Of a stretch of 64,000 bases of DNA, positions 1 through 14,560 are shown piece by piece. The translations under genes were made by a program, and so were the position numbers. Each line of letters begins with the position of its first letter. The first letter of the stretch is position 1. This DNA is from Eledone cirrhosa (lineage: Eukaryota): contig OZ024750.1 in assembly GCA_964016885.1 (NCBI GenBank), positions 46,934,001 to 46,998,000 of the forward strand, given 5' to 3'. The notes under the pieces were generated by a model, which was not told where the DNA came from, did not search any database, and was given only the letters and a program-made list of their open reading frames with translations.

Positions 1-370
1 CTTAATGCTCCCAGGAATGCGAGTAGTATAATGCGTATGAAAACATAGGAACGCATCAAATCAGAACACAGGAAGTAGGTGTATTAATCAGAAATAGAAG
101 GTATAAAGTACTTTTAAAAAACAAACATATCTTTTACGATCTTGACAAGCACAGCGATTTAGTTGGCTTCGTTTCCTTAATTTCTAAAGACAACAAAGAA
201 GATTGAAAATAAATATTAAGTTTGCACACTGCCATAGCGAAAGTTGAGATATATGGGTGCATAACTATATCAGGCACTTATTTTTACCAATGGGCGATGA
301 TAAACCATCTTCTCATAAGATAACACAATCAGTGTGCGAGTATAGGAGTATGAAGTGTGTGTGCATTATC

Positions 371-1110
<740 letters not shown>

Positions 1111-1608
1111 TTTATATATAAATACATATTCCTTGTTTGTTTATCTGTTTTTGCACGTTGCACATACATAAGCAACCATTGATAGTGTAATTGTGAGTGT
1201 AAACAAATACCTTATATGTATATATTTATATATTTGTTGTTCCAATTCAATGTGTTGACGAAACTGTGCTAATAGAGATTCAGATAACGTACATCTTTAA
1301 TTCCCCTCTTCTATTAACGATGTTGTTTTTTTATAGTTGTTTACAACGTTTGCTGACATCCTTTTAAAAGATAACAAGTAATTTTAACTACTCGTCTCCT
1401 GTCACATATTTACCACTCCAATGAATGACATATATAAACCCACCCAGTTTTCGAATATCGTTACGACACTTAACGAAAGAGCATAGCTGCGTTTCGTGGA
1501 CCTGGAAAATCTCTATGACCGTCAGACAGTTTTGGAAGTTACCTCGTGAGTATGAGAAGATCGATCGACAGATTTTTGTAGCTTTGATCTCACAAATTCA
1601 TTAAAAAT

Positions 1609-1800
1609 TGGGTTGATTGGCAGTATCGGTAGATGGTTTGACGCCATGCTTTACAGCAAAGAGTTACGGCGCTTCATGGTCTGAGTTCAAATCCCGCCGA
1701 TGTTAACTTTGCCTTTCAACCTTAAGGGGTCGATAAAATAAAGCAACCGTACTACACTGGGATAGTTCCTGGCCTTGTGCCAAAAGTAGAATCAATTATT
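1609..1800 (+). mobile_element. tRNA-derived SINE (octopod-type family)
   Basis: Head TGGCAGTATCGG...GAGTTCAAATCCC (A/B-box-like), core GCCTTTCA...GGGGTCGATAAAATAAA, tail GGCCTTGTGCCAAAAGTAGAA(ATT)n. Many copies in the window. Confidence 0.85.
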
Positions 1801-2082
1801 AATTGGGTGTTGGACTTCACTAAACTTACATATTGTCGTTATCTGTATTGATATGCGAAGCCGGCTTGGAAATAGATTCAAAACCGTCCGATGTAGGATC
1901 AAACAGCTGGAATTGACATACTACGTGATGCCATTTAACTCGTTGGAACGAGACCCATGACATGCAATAGAGAGATTTGCTGCCGTGTAGGGCAACGCAG
2001 AAATGAAAAGCAAGCTTGTAGTGTTTAGACAACCCTTTTCCTAGAACAACCCGCGCAATGCATTCTGTATATAAGCGGATTT

Positions 2083-2540
2083 CAACTGAATCAGACGAAG
2101 TTCAAATATCTCGGAGAGGTTGTCGTATATGGTGCAAGGTAGAAATATGAATTAATTACAAGACTTGCAATTAATAAGGAACTGGTGTAATAATGTGTTG
2201 GGTCATCAGAAAAATGAAAGTAGTTGTAAAATCTAAAATCGCCATCTTGAATTCAGTCTTCGTGCCTACCCCTACCTAAGATAATGATGTTTCGTTAATG
2301 ATTGAAATAATACAATAATACAATAACCCACACTGCCGAAATGGGGTTCCTACTAAGGCTATTTATAGTACCGTTACTCCATAGCTTTCGTTGCCCGGAT
2401 ATCAACGAATCACTCCAAGTAGAGCCACCCCCTCTCCGAATCGAGAGATAACTGCTCCGGTACAATGGCCATGCATTTACAACGTTTAAGGAAAGAATCC
2501 CTGGTCTCATTTTACTGGCCAAGCCAAACGGTGGGAAGGA
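2083..2540 (+). mobile_element. Decayed RTE-clade LINE 3' fragment
   Basis: Interrupted translation gives FKYLG...KSKIAILNSVFVPT...AEMGFL...LRIER*LLRYNGH...ERIP, typical of the RTE post-RT region. Confidence 0.65.
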
Positions 2541-2610
2541 AGATGTATATATAACATCACATCAATATACATGTTTGGCCTCGCTTTGAGTGAGAACTGG
2601 ATAAAGAAGA

Positions 2611-2748
2611 AGTAGTAGTGTTAGACGTAGTATTAGTACTAATAATAGCATTACTAATAGTAGTATTAGTAGTATTATTATTAGTATTAGTACTAGTAGC
2701 AGCAGTAGTAGTAGTAGCAGCAGTAGTAGTAGCAGCAGCAGCAGCGGC

Positions 2749-2820
<72 letters not shown>

Positions 2821-2821
2821 T
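2611..2821. repeat. (TAG/CAG)n trinucleotide repeat
   Basis: Seen directly; explains the poly-T and poly-V ORFs. Confidence 0.95.
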
Positions 2822-3662
2822 AAATGAGTAGGAGGAAAAGCCCAGCGAGAGAAATTATATATATGCATCGTCTCAATTTCATAGTAAATTAAAAGCAAGC
2901 ATGATTTAACAACATACTACTTCTCTAGATATCGTGATTTATCAATTTGAAATATATTTCAATATTCATATGCCATGGAGGAATGTTTTCAATATCGTTA
3001 GTGGATTTAAATAAAGTTGTAACATTCGATTAATATACATATAATCACTTTATAAAATATTCAGGAAAAAAGATACTGATATTGAAATTGCATACTTTTA
3101 CCGACTACGTTAGAAAAGAAGGAAATAGTTTTTCTTCATTTATAAAAAAAAAATCAGTAGGAATTATATTAATTCTGGTTTTTAATGTAATATGACAGAT
3201 ATCTCTACTTGAAAAATTAGTAACCGCATATTTAACTTATTGACAAGCATCCATTATGTTTATTCGCATCAGTAAAATAAAAGCATATAAAACAAAAATA
3301 ACTTTTAGTAGCCTCAGAATAACTATTACCAAATACCAATCTGTCCACTCTCTCCATTTCCTTTCACAGCACTCTGTATACACTCCCTCCGTAGTATTCA
3401 CTCCCACAATATATATTGATACCTCTTACAGTAATTAGATTTTAATAGAGAAAGACAAAGAGAACATTTAGATTGAGAAAAAAGAATGGAATGTAAAATA
3501 GGAAAATATGAAGAAAGAAGAGAAAAACAAACGAGAAACAAGAGGAGAGGTTGATTGTACTCTGAGCCTAGGGCGTGGCGATAAAGGGGCTGCCAAATAT
3601 ATATTGGTCTACAGGAGTAAACAGTTAAATGGCTGAAAGGATGTAGAAAAAAAAATACTTAC

Positions 3663-3815
3663 CCTCCTCATATAGTTTATTAGACTTGTGCCATACTTCC
3701 ATGTATTTGAATGGGCGCAGTTCAGTTCACTGGTATCCACATCTTGGGCTTTAGCTAATTCCTGCAGCGCTGCGGCAAACAGCAGGACAGCATCGTACAT
3801 CAACGCGGTTTCTGT
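3663..3815 (-). CDS. GRIK: Internal exon (51 codons, phase 0/0) of a kainate-type ionotropic glutamate receptor, amino-terminal domain
   Basis: Acceptor tttgttttag|ACA and donor AGG|gtaagt. Translates TETALMYDAVLLFAAALQELAKAQDVDTSELNCAHSNTWKYGTSLINYMRR, resembling the GluK segment TDAALMYDAV...LQC....W.FG..FM.LIK (recalled, not searched). Confidence 0.9.
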
Positions 3816-3974
3816 CTAAAACAAACGAAACATTGTCAGAAAGATCTGTTAAATTATTGCAACAATTTAGATGAAGAAATCAGAAAAAAGCATGGTTATA
3901 CAAGTTTTAATTTTATCATACGAATGTAATTTAAGAATACAATTTTAATTAAATACGTTTATACGAGGGTAATT

Positions 3975-4265
3975 CCAAACGTAAGGTCTCCAAAGCGATG
4001 GGGACGCAGAGAAACTGTTCGTACGGATGTTGGCAACACTGTTGTGATTGGTGCTTCCTTCACTCCCAAAGAAGCATGCGCGTGCTTTGTTGGGCTGCTC
4101 AATCTTGGCTTGGCAGCCGTTGAGAATGGAGCTCCCGTTGAACGCTACCGCCAAGTGAGAATTTCGCGCAGTTATTATATACGAGACCAATCTCAAAAGT
4201 AAGGTCTCCTTCTGAGGAAAACCTGCGTAAATGACGGCGGGTCACCCTGGATGGTCTCTGCGTTT
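3975..4265 (-). mobile_element. Decayed CRE-like non-LTR retrotransposon, restriction-like endonuclease fragment
   Basis: Frameshifted RPSRVT...FSSEGDLTFE and QFLCVPIALETL resemble the RPDG..W/F-D and F.P.A.ET.G motifs. Confidence 0.5.
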
Positions 4266-4669
4266 TGGTTCCTAAGATTTGCCGAAGCACCATCCACAGG
4301 ATTTTAACGGCAAAGTTGCAATATCGGAAGTTGCAATATATGAAGGAGACCTTACTTTTGGGATTGCCCTCGTAATATCACAATAATAAAAGGACAGGAA
4401 TGAAAAGCGAAAAGGGAAAGAAAGATAAAGACGAGGAGGAATGAGATAAGCAAACACTCGACCTTCATGGGCTGACGGTATATATCAAGTGTGACACACG
4501 GACAAGATTACAGAAATGTTGCCCATGACAACACCCAAGCATAACACCTGGAATCAATCATTTTACATTGAGAGTTTCTCTCTTCATGCTTCGAGATTCA
4601 GAGGACCATCCTGTAATTCATTGTAAAACATATTCAATACAACGTCACATATGCTACATAGCCACTCAG

Positions 4670-5007
4670 ACAGTTGCACCGACACGTTCTGCAGCCGCAA
4701 CCTGGCGCAGTCTGTGACTGACCCAGGTTCTGTTGCATGTCTGGCTGAGGGGACCGAACTGCTCAAATATCGGTCGCACTCCGACAGGTTTGCGATCGTA
4801 CCCTTGGCAGTGGAGACTTCTGGTGTCCTCGGCCCCAGGGCTAACTACTTACTCACCACTGTAGGCGCTGAGCTGGCCAACCGCAGGTGTGAGCCCCGCG
4901 AGTTGGAGTGGCTCTTCCAGCGCGTCTCTCTCGCCGTCCACCGGGGAAACGCCTTCTCCATTCTGTCCGCCGGGGCTGTGGGTGGGCCCCATTGCGTACC
5001 GCTCTAG
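4670..5007 (+). mobile_element. CRE-like non-LTR retrotransposon 3' end (restriction-like endonuclease C-terminus)
   Basis: DTFC...AEGTELLKY...FAIVPLAVETSGVLGP...WLFQRVSLAVHRGNA; forms a GC-rich island. Confidence 0.8.
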
Positions 5008-5226
5008 TTGTTGGAGAAGAAACAGGAATACAACATCTAAACTAAAACTCTACATTGTATCTATTTCAGTATATTTGAGTAAATACTATATATTTGAGTG
5101 ATATAGAATCCTTTTGAAACGATGCACACACATATACAGCACGAATTGCACACTGTCAATTAATTATGTTAAAATGATATACATATAATTCATTACAATT
5201 TCAATTTACCCAAATATTATATATGA

Positions 5227-5229
<3 letters not shown>

Positions 5230-5277
<48 letters not shown>

Positions 5278-5373
5278 GGTGTGCGCCTGTGTGTGTGTGT
5301 GTGTGTGGGTTTGTGTGTGTGGGGTGTGTGTGCGTGTGTGTGTATGTTTGTGTGTGTGTGTGTGTGTGTGTGT

Positions 5374-5412
<39 letters not shown>

Positions 5413-5427
5413 TGTGTGTGTGTGTGT
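5230..5427. repeat. (TG)n microsatellite
   Basis: Seen directly. Confidence 0.95.
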
Positions 5428-5869
5428 ATACAAATGTTTTAGATATCAGCAACCTATACCATCGGTTCCCGAATAATACAAGCCCTGACAGTGTTGGAGA
5501 ACTCATTCTAGTGTACAGAATACAAGGAAAAAGCCGCAAATATGTCGCAATGGATAGAAAGAAGAGAGTTACATAAAAATTTACCAAGGGAGCCTCATTA
5601 AAACAGCTATTACGACTTGTGGCTCCCAGTCCTGTGACAGGCCAACTCCGTCCCGATAGCACTATGTAGGGAGGAGGAACAGGGACCAAGAACGCTAGAA
5701 GTCTTCAGCGCTAAAGTTTCAACGATAAATGTTCCAATTGCATATGGATTTGTTTAAATATTTACACAGACTAGCAGACTGGATTTCTGCTAGCATGTGT
5801 AGTGTGTATATTGATATTATACGCACGTATATATACTTGTAGATATGATACCAAATAAAATCGTAATTG

Positions 5870-6200
5870 ACAATATATAATACATAGAAATTGAATGAAG
5901 ACTGTATTATTTAATCAGTAACGTGATCCATGATACATTAAACAAGACGATATTATATATGAACCGCATTAGGAGAAAATTAGTATGTTTATTTCAGCAA
6001 TGGCCAACCGGACGTGTTGACATTTCAGAAATTTTAAAGAAGTGAATCTTTAAATAAACAAAATATATTTAATCAACAGCCACGAAATTTAGTAGATAAA
6101 TTATGTAATATTCATTCATTATTTATTCAAAGTAATCCAACTTATTTTAGTAATGGGATAACAAATTATAAACCGCACGCAGTCCCACGCTCCTTAATTT
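5870..6200 (+). repeat. Unclassified ~330-bp interspersed repeat, copy 1
   Basis: Reverse complement at ~17495-17850 (e.g. aatcaacagccacgaaatttagtagataaattatgtaatatt); diverged copy at ~35400-35740. Confidence 0.8.
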
Positions 6201-6878
6201 ATTATAGATTAGATACCTGAGTTTTCAAACGTTTCACATTATATGAGCTATTAAAAAAATCATATATTTAAACGTTGTTATTTGGTAGTGGTCGGTTATA
6301 TTTTCTTGTGTTCTGCAATAAATATGGCATACATGGTGAATGGAATTTGGCACAGCACTAACATATGAGAACGATAAAAACAAATAATAGAAATATCTAC
6401 ATATCGTTTCTGATATTTCACTGATTGTGTCTGTTATTACCTTATACATATGTGTTTCTCCGATGGAAACAAATATTAATAAATAAAATACAGAAACCAT
6501 CTGTGTATACCGTTATATGAATTAATTACACTTCATAGCACATAAACTATAATGGAGTTCTCATCAATATGCCGAGTCCAAGATTGTAATTTATTAACAG
6601 CTATACGCTATTTATATATATGTCGACACATACCGCGAAGTCCTTCCCTGCTGTAGGTCTAAACTGAACAGAAATACGTTATATTGATCCCAGGTTTACC
6701 TGGAACCCAGTGGAAACACCTCCTTAAGTTTCACGGCGAAGATAACATTACATTGTTATTTATGAAACACTAAAACCTTACTTTCCAAATTACCAGGCAA
6801 CTTTGTATATTACAACATGGATTAATTAAATATCAATCTCTCTCTTCCTCCCCTCTCTCTCTGTTTCTCTCTCTCTTC

Positions 6879-6920
<42 letters not shown>

Positions 6921-7066
6921 GTGTCTGTGTACGTGTGTGTGTGTATATATATATAATGAATATGAATATGTGTGTGTCAGGTGTCGAAGAATAAACGAGG
7001 CAAACACAGAGCTATAAAAATACAAGGGAAATAGTTAAAGAAAAAGAGAGGCTGAAAAGTGAGATA

Positions 7067-7115
<49 letters not shown>

Positions 7116-7144
7116 TGAGAGAGAGAAAGAGAGAGAGAGAGAAA

Positions 7145-7254
<110 letters not shown>

Positions 7255-7255
7255 A

Positions 7256-7312
<57 letters not shown>

Positions 7313-7889
7313 TTGTGCCACTGCAGAAACCTATTTTTCAACTGCGTGCTTTTAAGACGCCACTCTATAGAATATGAGTGAATTATGGAACAGTAAACTA
7401 GGATAATCAATAAAGTGATCATTCAGTGATCCAATATTGCCAGCTCCGACGTAAATTCCAAAGTGATTTAATACAGATATGACGAGTTCATTAACATTAA
7501 TTGGTGAATTGGCCATATCGGTAGAGGGTCGGACGCCATGCTTTGATGCATAGAATTTACGGCCCTTGGCATTCTGAGTTCAAAGATGACCGCCTAGGCT
7601 TGGACATGCTTTCCTTTTAGGAATATATCATTAGAGTTTAAACAAGGGCATTTATAAATTATTTAGATTTTCAAAACGTAATTTAGAAATTATATAGAAT
7701 ATTTTTTTTCTATAATTAGAAGCTAAGCTCAAGAAAGGTAACTCTTGAAATACCTCAGACTGCTTGAATATAAATAGAAGAAATATATTGTGTTCTAGCT
7801 GAATCAAAGTATCCAATTTCACTGAAATACAAAATAGTCAGTAAATGAAAGTATACTTCTAGACCTGTTAGTCAGGACTAACCCATTTC

Positions 7890-8460
7890 CTCAAAATGTA
7901 TTTCTTCTAGTCTGTACAACAGCCAAAGCAATCAAATCGTGTGTTGAGACAGTGCTTATCTGTAGCTAATTGTGAGAATATATACCATTTTTCAGAATTA
8001 CGAAGTCGACAAAATTTCGACCCATTCATGTGGGTGGTAGATCTTTCTAAAATCTTCTATTTGATGGAAAACTGCGTTCCGTTGTTCTTAAAGCCCCATA
8101 TATCATTTGCGAGCTGGGTGGCATGTTTTTATCGGGATATCTGAATGTTGTATCGTGATTCATGTACTTGGTTTTAAACCTTCCCGCGTACATACCGACA
8201 TAGGTCCAGGCTTCAGTTTGGGGTTTTGGTTGGGGGAGGTAACCTCTGCTTGGTATATCACGACCGGAGTGTTGCACTGTTGATCTACTGGACATGTTTC
8301 AGGTCTTCTACACGAGCATTCGTACGGTGGAGGACTTTTGTGTTTGCTGTTGGGGCAGGGGTATCCTATTTTTACTGTATGGCGATTAAATATCTTTCGG
8401 TGTTTATGGCCAACAGGGAAATGAAGATCTATGAGGCCTAGCGATTGAGTGCTCTAACCT
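7890..8460 (-). mobile_element. Decayed Naiad-type PLE, C-terminal GIY-YIG fragment
   Basis: FPVGHKHRKIFNRHTVKIGY...CSCRRPETCPVDQQC...VIYQAEV...YVGM...FKTKYMNH...FCRL.NSEK, with frameshifts. Confidence 0.8.
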
Positions 8461-8563
8461 TTGGATAACATGTTAGGAAGAGAGACTCGTAATTCTATTA
8501 TACAATTTATTATTTAATGGAAGTAGGGTGTATAAATTGATAAGAGTCATGTTGGCCTTGCAG

Positions 8564-8597
<34 letters not shown>

Positions 8598-8608
8598 CAG
8601 GCCCTCAG

Positions 8609-8699
<91 letters not shown>

Positions 8700-8730
8700 T
8701 AGAGAGAGAGAGGAGAGTGAAACAGAGAGA

Positions 8731-8773
<43 letters not shown>

Positions 8774-8780
8774 AGAGAGA

Positions 8781-8832
<52 letters not shown>

Positions 8833-9316
8833 TGTACAAATGAGGAAAGACTTCGTAATGCATGGATTCACATAATCGCACAAATATGATATATAATACT
8901 ATTGTTAAATTTAGTATTTAAGCCACTGATAAGTCACTTAAATGTTTGCTACAGATTTTCTCTGCGAGTTGGATATTCGTCGGTTCTCATGCGGAAAGTG
9001 CCAACGTATATGATGTGCAACAAACAGATAAATTGCGCCTATAAGACTACCCAGCCTGACACAGCGTGTAAGAAGGCTAGCCTTCTGTATTATATCTGTA
9101 ACCCACCTGACGGGCTTCCATTTTCGAACTACCCATTCCTGTCAGCTTAGTGGGTACTAGCAACGTAAAATAATGTCGTTGCTCAATGACACAATTAAGC
9201 GTTAATAATCGAATTCAGGATCATACAACCGTGAACTAAACGCCCAAACTACAACTAGGGTCACTTACTTGGAAATAGTATATACATACATACACACATA
9301 CATACATATATATACA

Positions 9317-9650
9317 TGATCGCTGCCTCCTCGTTATCGAGTATGGCCATTGCACGATATAACATTATTAATAATTACTAATTAATGCTATAATGCGATG
9401 CCAGTGTCTAAATATTTTTTTAAATGAGGAAAACCTGTGCACTGAGCCAATCCCAATCTCTAAGTGACAATAGCTATAACCCGAAAAGAAGAAAAGATCA
9501 ACATCATCGGTAGCTACTGAGCAGGAGGTTTCATGTCTGGGTTATCTAATTTTCCTGAGAATGCATTGACAAATGCTAGGGGTACTTCACTCCCATTGGT
9601 TTAACAGCGCATCGGGTCTCATACGACCCAACCATGCGACAGGTTCTACT
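9317..9650 (-). mobile_element. Non-autonomous RTE-tailed element, copy 1
   Basis: Ends in GTGCAATGGCCATACTCGATAACGAGG..GCAG, the same as the RTE 3' end at 34513-34550. Body matches 43690-43925. Confidence 0.75.
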
Positions 9651-10027
9651 GGGTTACTTTTTAGCAGTACAACCTGCCGTCTACTGTACAACCTGTCGCA
9701 TGGTCGTGTCGTCGGCGACCCGACGCGCTGTAAAACCAATGGGAGTGAGGTACCCCTAGCATTTGGTGACATCGATAGAGCTGCTTTTTCTCAACGTATT
9801 TCTTTTTCTTCTCATTTCTGCCACTGCCATTTCTCCTGTATATTACTATTTCTTCTTTAATTCCTCATTTTATATTCTGATGAAGGAATAGTGCCCAAAA
9901 GGTTAAGGCACCTTACTAAATCAAGAGTAAAACTAATATATTTATCCATTGCATCGTGTAATTTCCTCTGTAAATGTTCTCTACCTTTTGCAGAAAAACA
10001 CGCGCACACCCGTATATGAATGAATAC

Positions 10028-10515
<488 letters not shown>

Positions 10516-10539
10516 ATGTATTCATTCATATACGGGTGT

Positions 10540-12699
10540 ATGACAGAGTGCGGACCCCCGTGCTTGCGACAGGTTAAGAAAATAACTCACAGCCTTCTTT
10601 AAAGGCTTCAGCCTCTCTATACAGGTTGAGACCAATCTCTCGGTCGTTAATTACCTCGACGTTACCCTCAATTTATACAATGGCTTGTATTACCCGTATA
10701 GAAAGCCGAATGCTACGCTTAATTACATATGTAAGCATCCCAACCATCCTGCCAGCATAACCAAGAACGTGGTAAGAAACGTTTCGTTGAGGCTTTCCCG
10801 TCTATCTACTAACGAGCATATTTTCAACGACCATTCCACTTATTACAATGAAGCTCTTGCTCGGAGTGGATTTGTCGATAAAGTAGCATATACAGAGTAC
10901 GAACATAGACCTAGAAGAAATAGATCCCGTCGCATTTGTTGGTATAACCCAGTAAATAATATGGAGGTGGCCACACCAATAGCTAAGATCTTTCTATCCC
11001 ATATTACGAACCATTTTCCCCCTACACATAAATATAGTAACATTTTAAATAGAAATACTATTAAAAATTCTTACTCTACGACTCCTAACCTTGCACATAA
11101 CATCACAGCTTCCAATTTTGCTAAACTACATAGCCGTAGGAACACGTGCAACCATGTAGTTAGTACTAACTGTAATTGTAGGAATCGGGTTGATTGCCCC
11201 CTATCCGGGAAATGCCTCTCTAGTAACATTGTCTACAAATGTAAGGTTGAAACACCCACGTCCCGTAGGGCCTACATATGGTTAACCGCTAATAGATTCA
11301 AGCAGCGTCTTTACATGCATACCCATCTTTTCGTTACCCTCTAAGAAGGAATACGACGTCACTTTCAGCTTATATCTGGAGTCTAAAGGACAATCACACG
11401 CAATATAAATTACACTGGGAGATTCTAGCTAGGGCTAGATCGTATAACGGAAATAAAAGACCATGTGACCTCTGCGCCGCTGAGGCCCTGGAAATACTCT
11501 ACGCCACAGACCACATCTTAAACAAAAAATCTGAGGCAATTTCGGCTTGTAAACATAAATCGTACAACACTTTCCTGTATTACAGCCCGACGTTATACCC
11601 TAACGGATAGTACGATCTATACGTAGATATTTTACGTCTTGATGTGGTAGCTAAGTATATGTTTTGTTTATACCATTACTTATTTGCATAGGTAATTATA
11701 TATTACCTGTATGTTTTGTGAAGATACGTATACTTTCTCGTACGTATATTTGATTGTATATGTTATGGCGTATAATTTTATATATTCTGGTACATATGGT
11801 TTGGTTATGTGTATACGGGAATTTTGCGTCTGTGTGAGTATGCAGGTTAGTAAGTATGTAGGGTGTGTGTATATGTGTACTTCATGTTTTGGTTGACTTA
11901 CGACTCCGAACATTTGTGTATTTATATGTAGGTATGTGTGTGCGCTTGTTATATACGTATTTATTTATTTATATACGTTTATTTAATTATTTATTTATTT
12001 GTATACACGCACACACACACACATATATGTATATGTGCGTGGATTTGTATACCTATGGTAAGTGTTTTCGCGTATGCTTGTGTATGTACGTATTTGTATG
12101 CGTGTATGTGTTTATTTAATTTCTATTACCTCTGTAATGTATTTATTTACTTTATTCTTAACTCTGAAGCGGAGATTCATTCGGTCTCCTAGTTAGAATT
12201 TTAGTCTGCGACTTCTGCTATACCATTTACGTGGTTTTGTCTTTGCGTGCAATTGTTCTCCACGGTCCACATATGACGTATTTTCTTCGTTTTTTTCGTT
12301 TATTGCCAGAGAACGTCTCTATGAACCACCTAAGTCTCACGACCTCTTTTATACCATAAACGTGGTTCTGTCTTTGCGCGTAATTGTTTTTCACCGCTCC
12401 TATTAATGACGTATTATATTCGTTTTTCCCGTTCTTTGCCAGGGAACGTTTCCACGAACCAAAGTATCGTCTACCTGTCTTCCTCCGGTTGCAACGGTTT
12501 TTGAAATATCCACTTCTGCGTTTACAGATTGACTTTGTTAGTTTCAGAAGATCCCGTTAAGGGTGAAAGCAGCGATTATTTAATATTAAAATTTAATATG
12601 TTATTTTAATAAATATTTGCTCTACGGTTCTTATATATTTGATATATATTTATCCTTATCGTGCCCTCTTTGGATTTTAGTCTTTACATTTATTATTAT

Positions 12700-12703
<4 letters not shown>
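10540..12703 (+). mobile_element. 5'-truncated Naiad-type PLE (family A): RT thumb, GIY-YIG and 1.1-kb 3' UTR/pLTR
   Basis: VNYLDVTLNL..GLYYPYRKPN, CNCRNRVDCPLSGKCL, IVYKC, then after a frameshift CDLC...CKH and a stop at ~11610. Ends in (TA)n. Confidence 0.92.
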
Positions 12704-12754
<51 letters not shown>

Positions 12755-12799
12755 TAAACAAATAATGAATAAACAATTCCTTATATTAAACAAAAAAAG

Positions 12800-12954
12800 T
12801 TCATTATTTAACGATCGTTTCTAGGATATATATGTGTTAGAATTGGTATGCATATTCAACAGATCTATGTACAAAATTATACAAAATTATACAAATTATC
12901 AAGATTAAATATACATACCAAACACATATATACGCCGTCTTCAGAAATAATGAA
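12800..12954 (-). ncRNA. Type I hammerhead ribozyme with long stem II, in an isolated PLE 3' end (12730-13065)
   Basis: TTCATTATTT-CTGAAGA-[long hairpin]-GAAA-CGATCG-TT-AAATAATGAA: 10-bp stem I and palindromic stem III. Confidence 0.8.
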
Positions 12955-13064
12955 GTCACCGAAAGTGGTTTTTCATTACATCTCTTCTTTCCATGATATC
13001 CGGAATACATTGAGTTCTTCATACGGATTGGACACTACCGTAAACTCTTGGTAGATTTATCTAC

Positions 13065-13147
<83 letters not shown>

Positions 13148-13180
13148 TATATATATAAATACATATATATATATATAAAT

Positions 13181-13226
<46 letters not shown>

Positions 13227-13229
<3 letters not shown>

Positions 13230-13495
13230 TATTGAAATTTCCGTTGAAAACAGAAAAGGTCATAGAAGTGAAGAGTGCTCTATGTAAGTACCAGAGCAAA
13301 ATTTAATGTATAAAAATCAATACAATATAATTACCTCATTACCAGAGGTTTCCCGAATGAGGCGAATACGAAAGAAACGTCTTCATTTGTTCGTCAGACG
13401 AGGCAATAGCTTATTGAGACGTTTCTTTCGTATTCGCCTCATTCGGGAAACCTCTGGTAAAGAGGTAATTATATTGTATTGATTTTTATACATTA
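13227..13495. mobile_element. Fold-back insertion in (TA)n; arms 13304-13382 and 13417-13495, with a ~77-nt extension on the left
   Basis: Near-perfect 79-bp inverted repeat. The extension resembles the family A terminus. Confidence 0.85.
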
Positions 13496-13624
13496 TATAT
13501 ATATATATATATAAATACATATATATATATATATATACATATTTATATATATATATATATATAAATACATATATATATATATATATAAATACATATATAT
13601 ATATAAATACATATATATATATAC

Positions 13625-13655
<31 letters not shown>

Positions 13656-13844
13656 TATACATATATATATTCATATATATATAAATACATATATATATAT
13701 ACATATATATATATAAATACATATATATATATATATATATAAATACATATATATATATACATATATATATATTTATATATACATATATATATTCATATAT
13801 ATATAAATATATATATATACATATATATATACATATATATATTC

Positions 13845-13881
<37 letters not shown>

Positions 13882-13920
13882 TATATTCATATATATATAA
13901 ATACATATATATATATATAC

Positions 13921-13951
<31 letters not shown>

Positions 13952-13952
<1 letters not shown>

Positions 13953-14540
13953 TTATTGAAATAACAGATTAAAGTTTAAGATTAAAGTTTAAGCAAAGAA
14001 TCGCTGCTTTCACCCTTAACGGGATCTTCTGAATCTAACAAAGTCAATCTGTAAACGCTGAAGTGGATATTTCAAAAAACATTGCAACCGGAGGAAGACA
14101 GAAAGACGATACTTTGGTTCGTGGAAACGTTCGCTATGCAAATAAGTAATGGTATAAACAAATCATATACTTAGCTCCCACATCAAGGCGTAAAATATCC
14201 ACGTATAGATCGTACTATCCGTTAGGCTATAACGTGGGGCTGTAATACAGGAAAGCTTTGTGCAATTTATGTTTGCATAGCGAACGTTTCCACGAACCAA
14301 AGTATCGTCTTCCTGTCTTCCTCCGGTTGCAACTTTTTTTGAAATATCCACTTCTGCGTTTACAGATTGACTTTGTTAGTTTCAGAAGATCCCGTTAAGG
14401 GTGAAAGCAGCGATTCTTTGCTTAAACTTTAATATGTTATTTTAATAAATATTTGCTCTACGGTTCTTATATATTTCATATATATTTATCATTATCGAGC
14501 CCTCTTTGGATTTTAGTCTTGAAACTTATTATTATTGCTA
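13952..14540. mobile_element. Family A PLE fold-back insertion (spliced form)
   Basis: Arms ~13952-14141 and ~14271-14451. The centre 14146-14255 is the reverse complement of 11570-11680. Confidence 0.9.
14378..14428 (+). ncRNA. Type I hammerhead-like motif with CAGAAGA core (family A)
   Basis: AGTTT-CAGAAGA-TCCC gttaa GGGT-GAAA-GCA..TGC-TT-AAACT. Also at 13986-14036(-), ~49162-49212(-), ~61300-61350(-) and ~12540-12590(+, damaged). Confidence 0.65.
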
Positions 14541-14560
14541 TATATATATATATATATATA

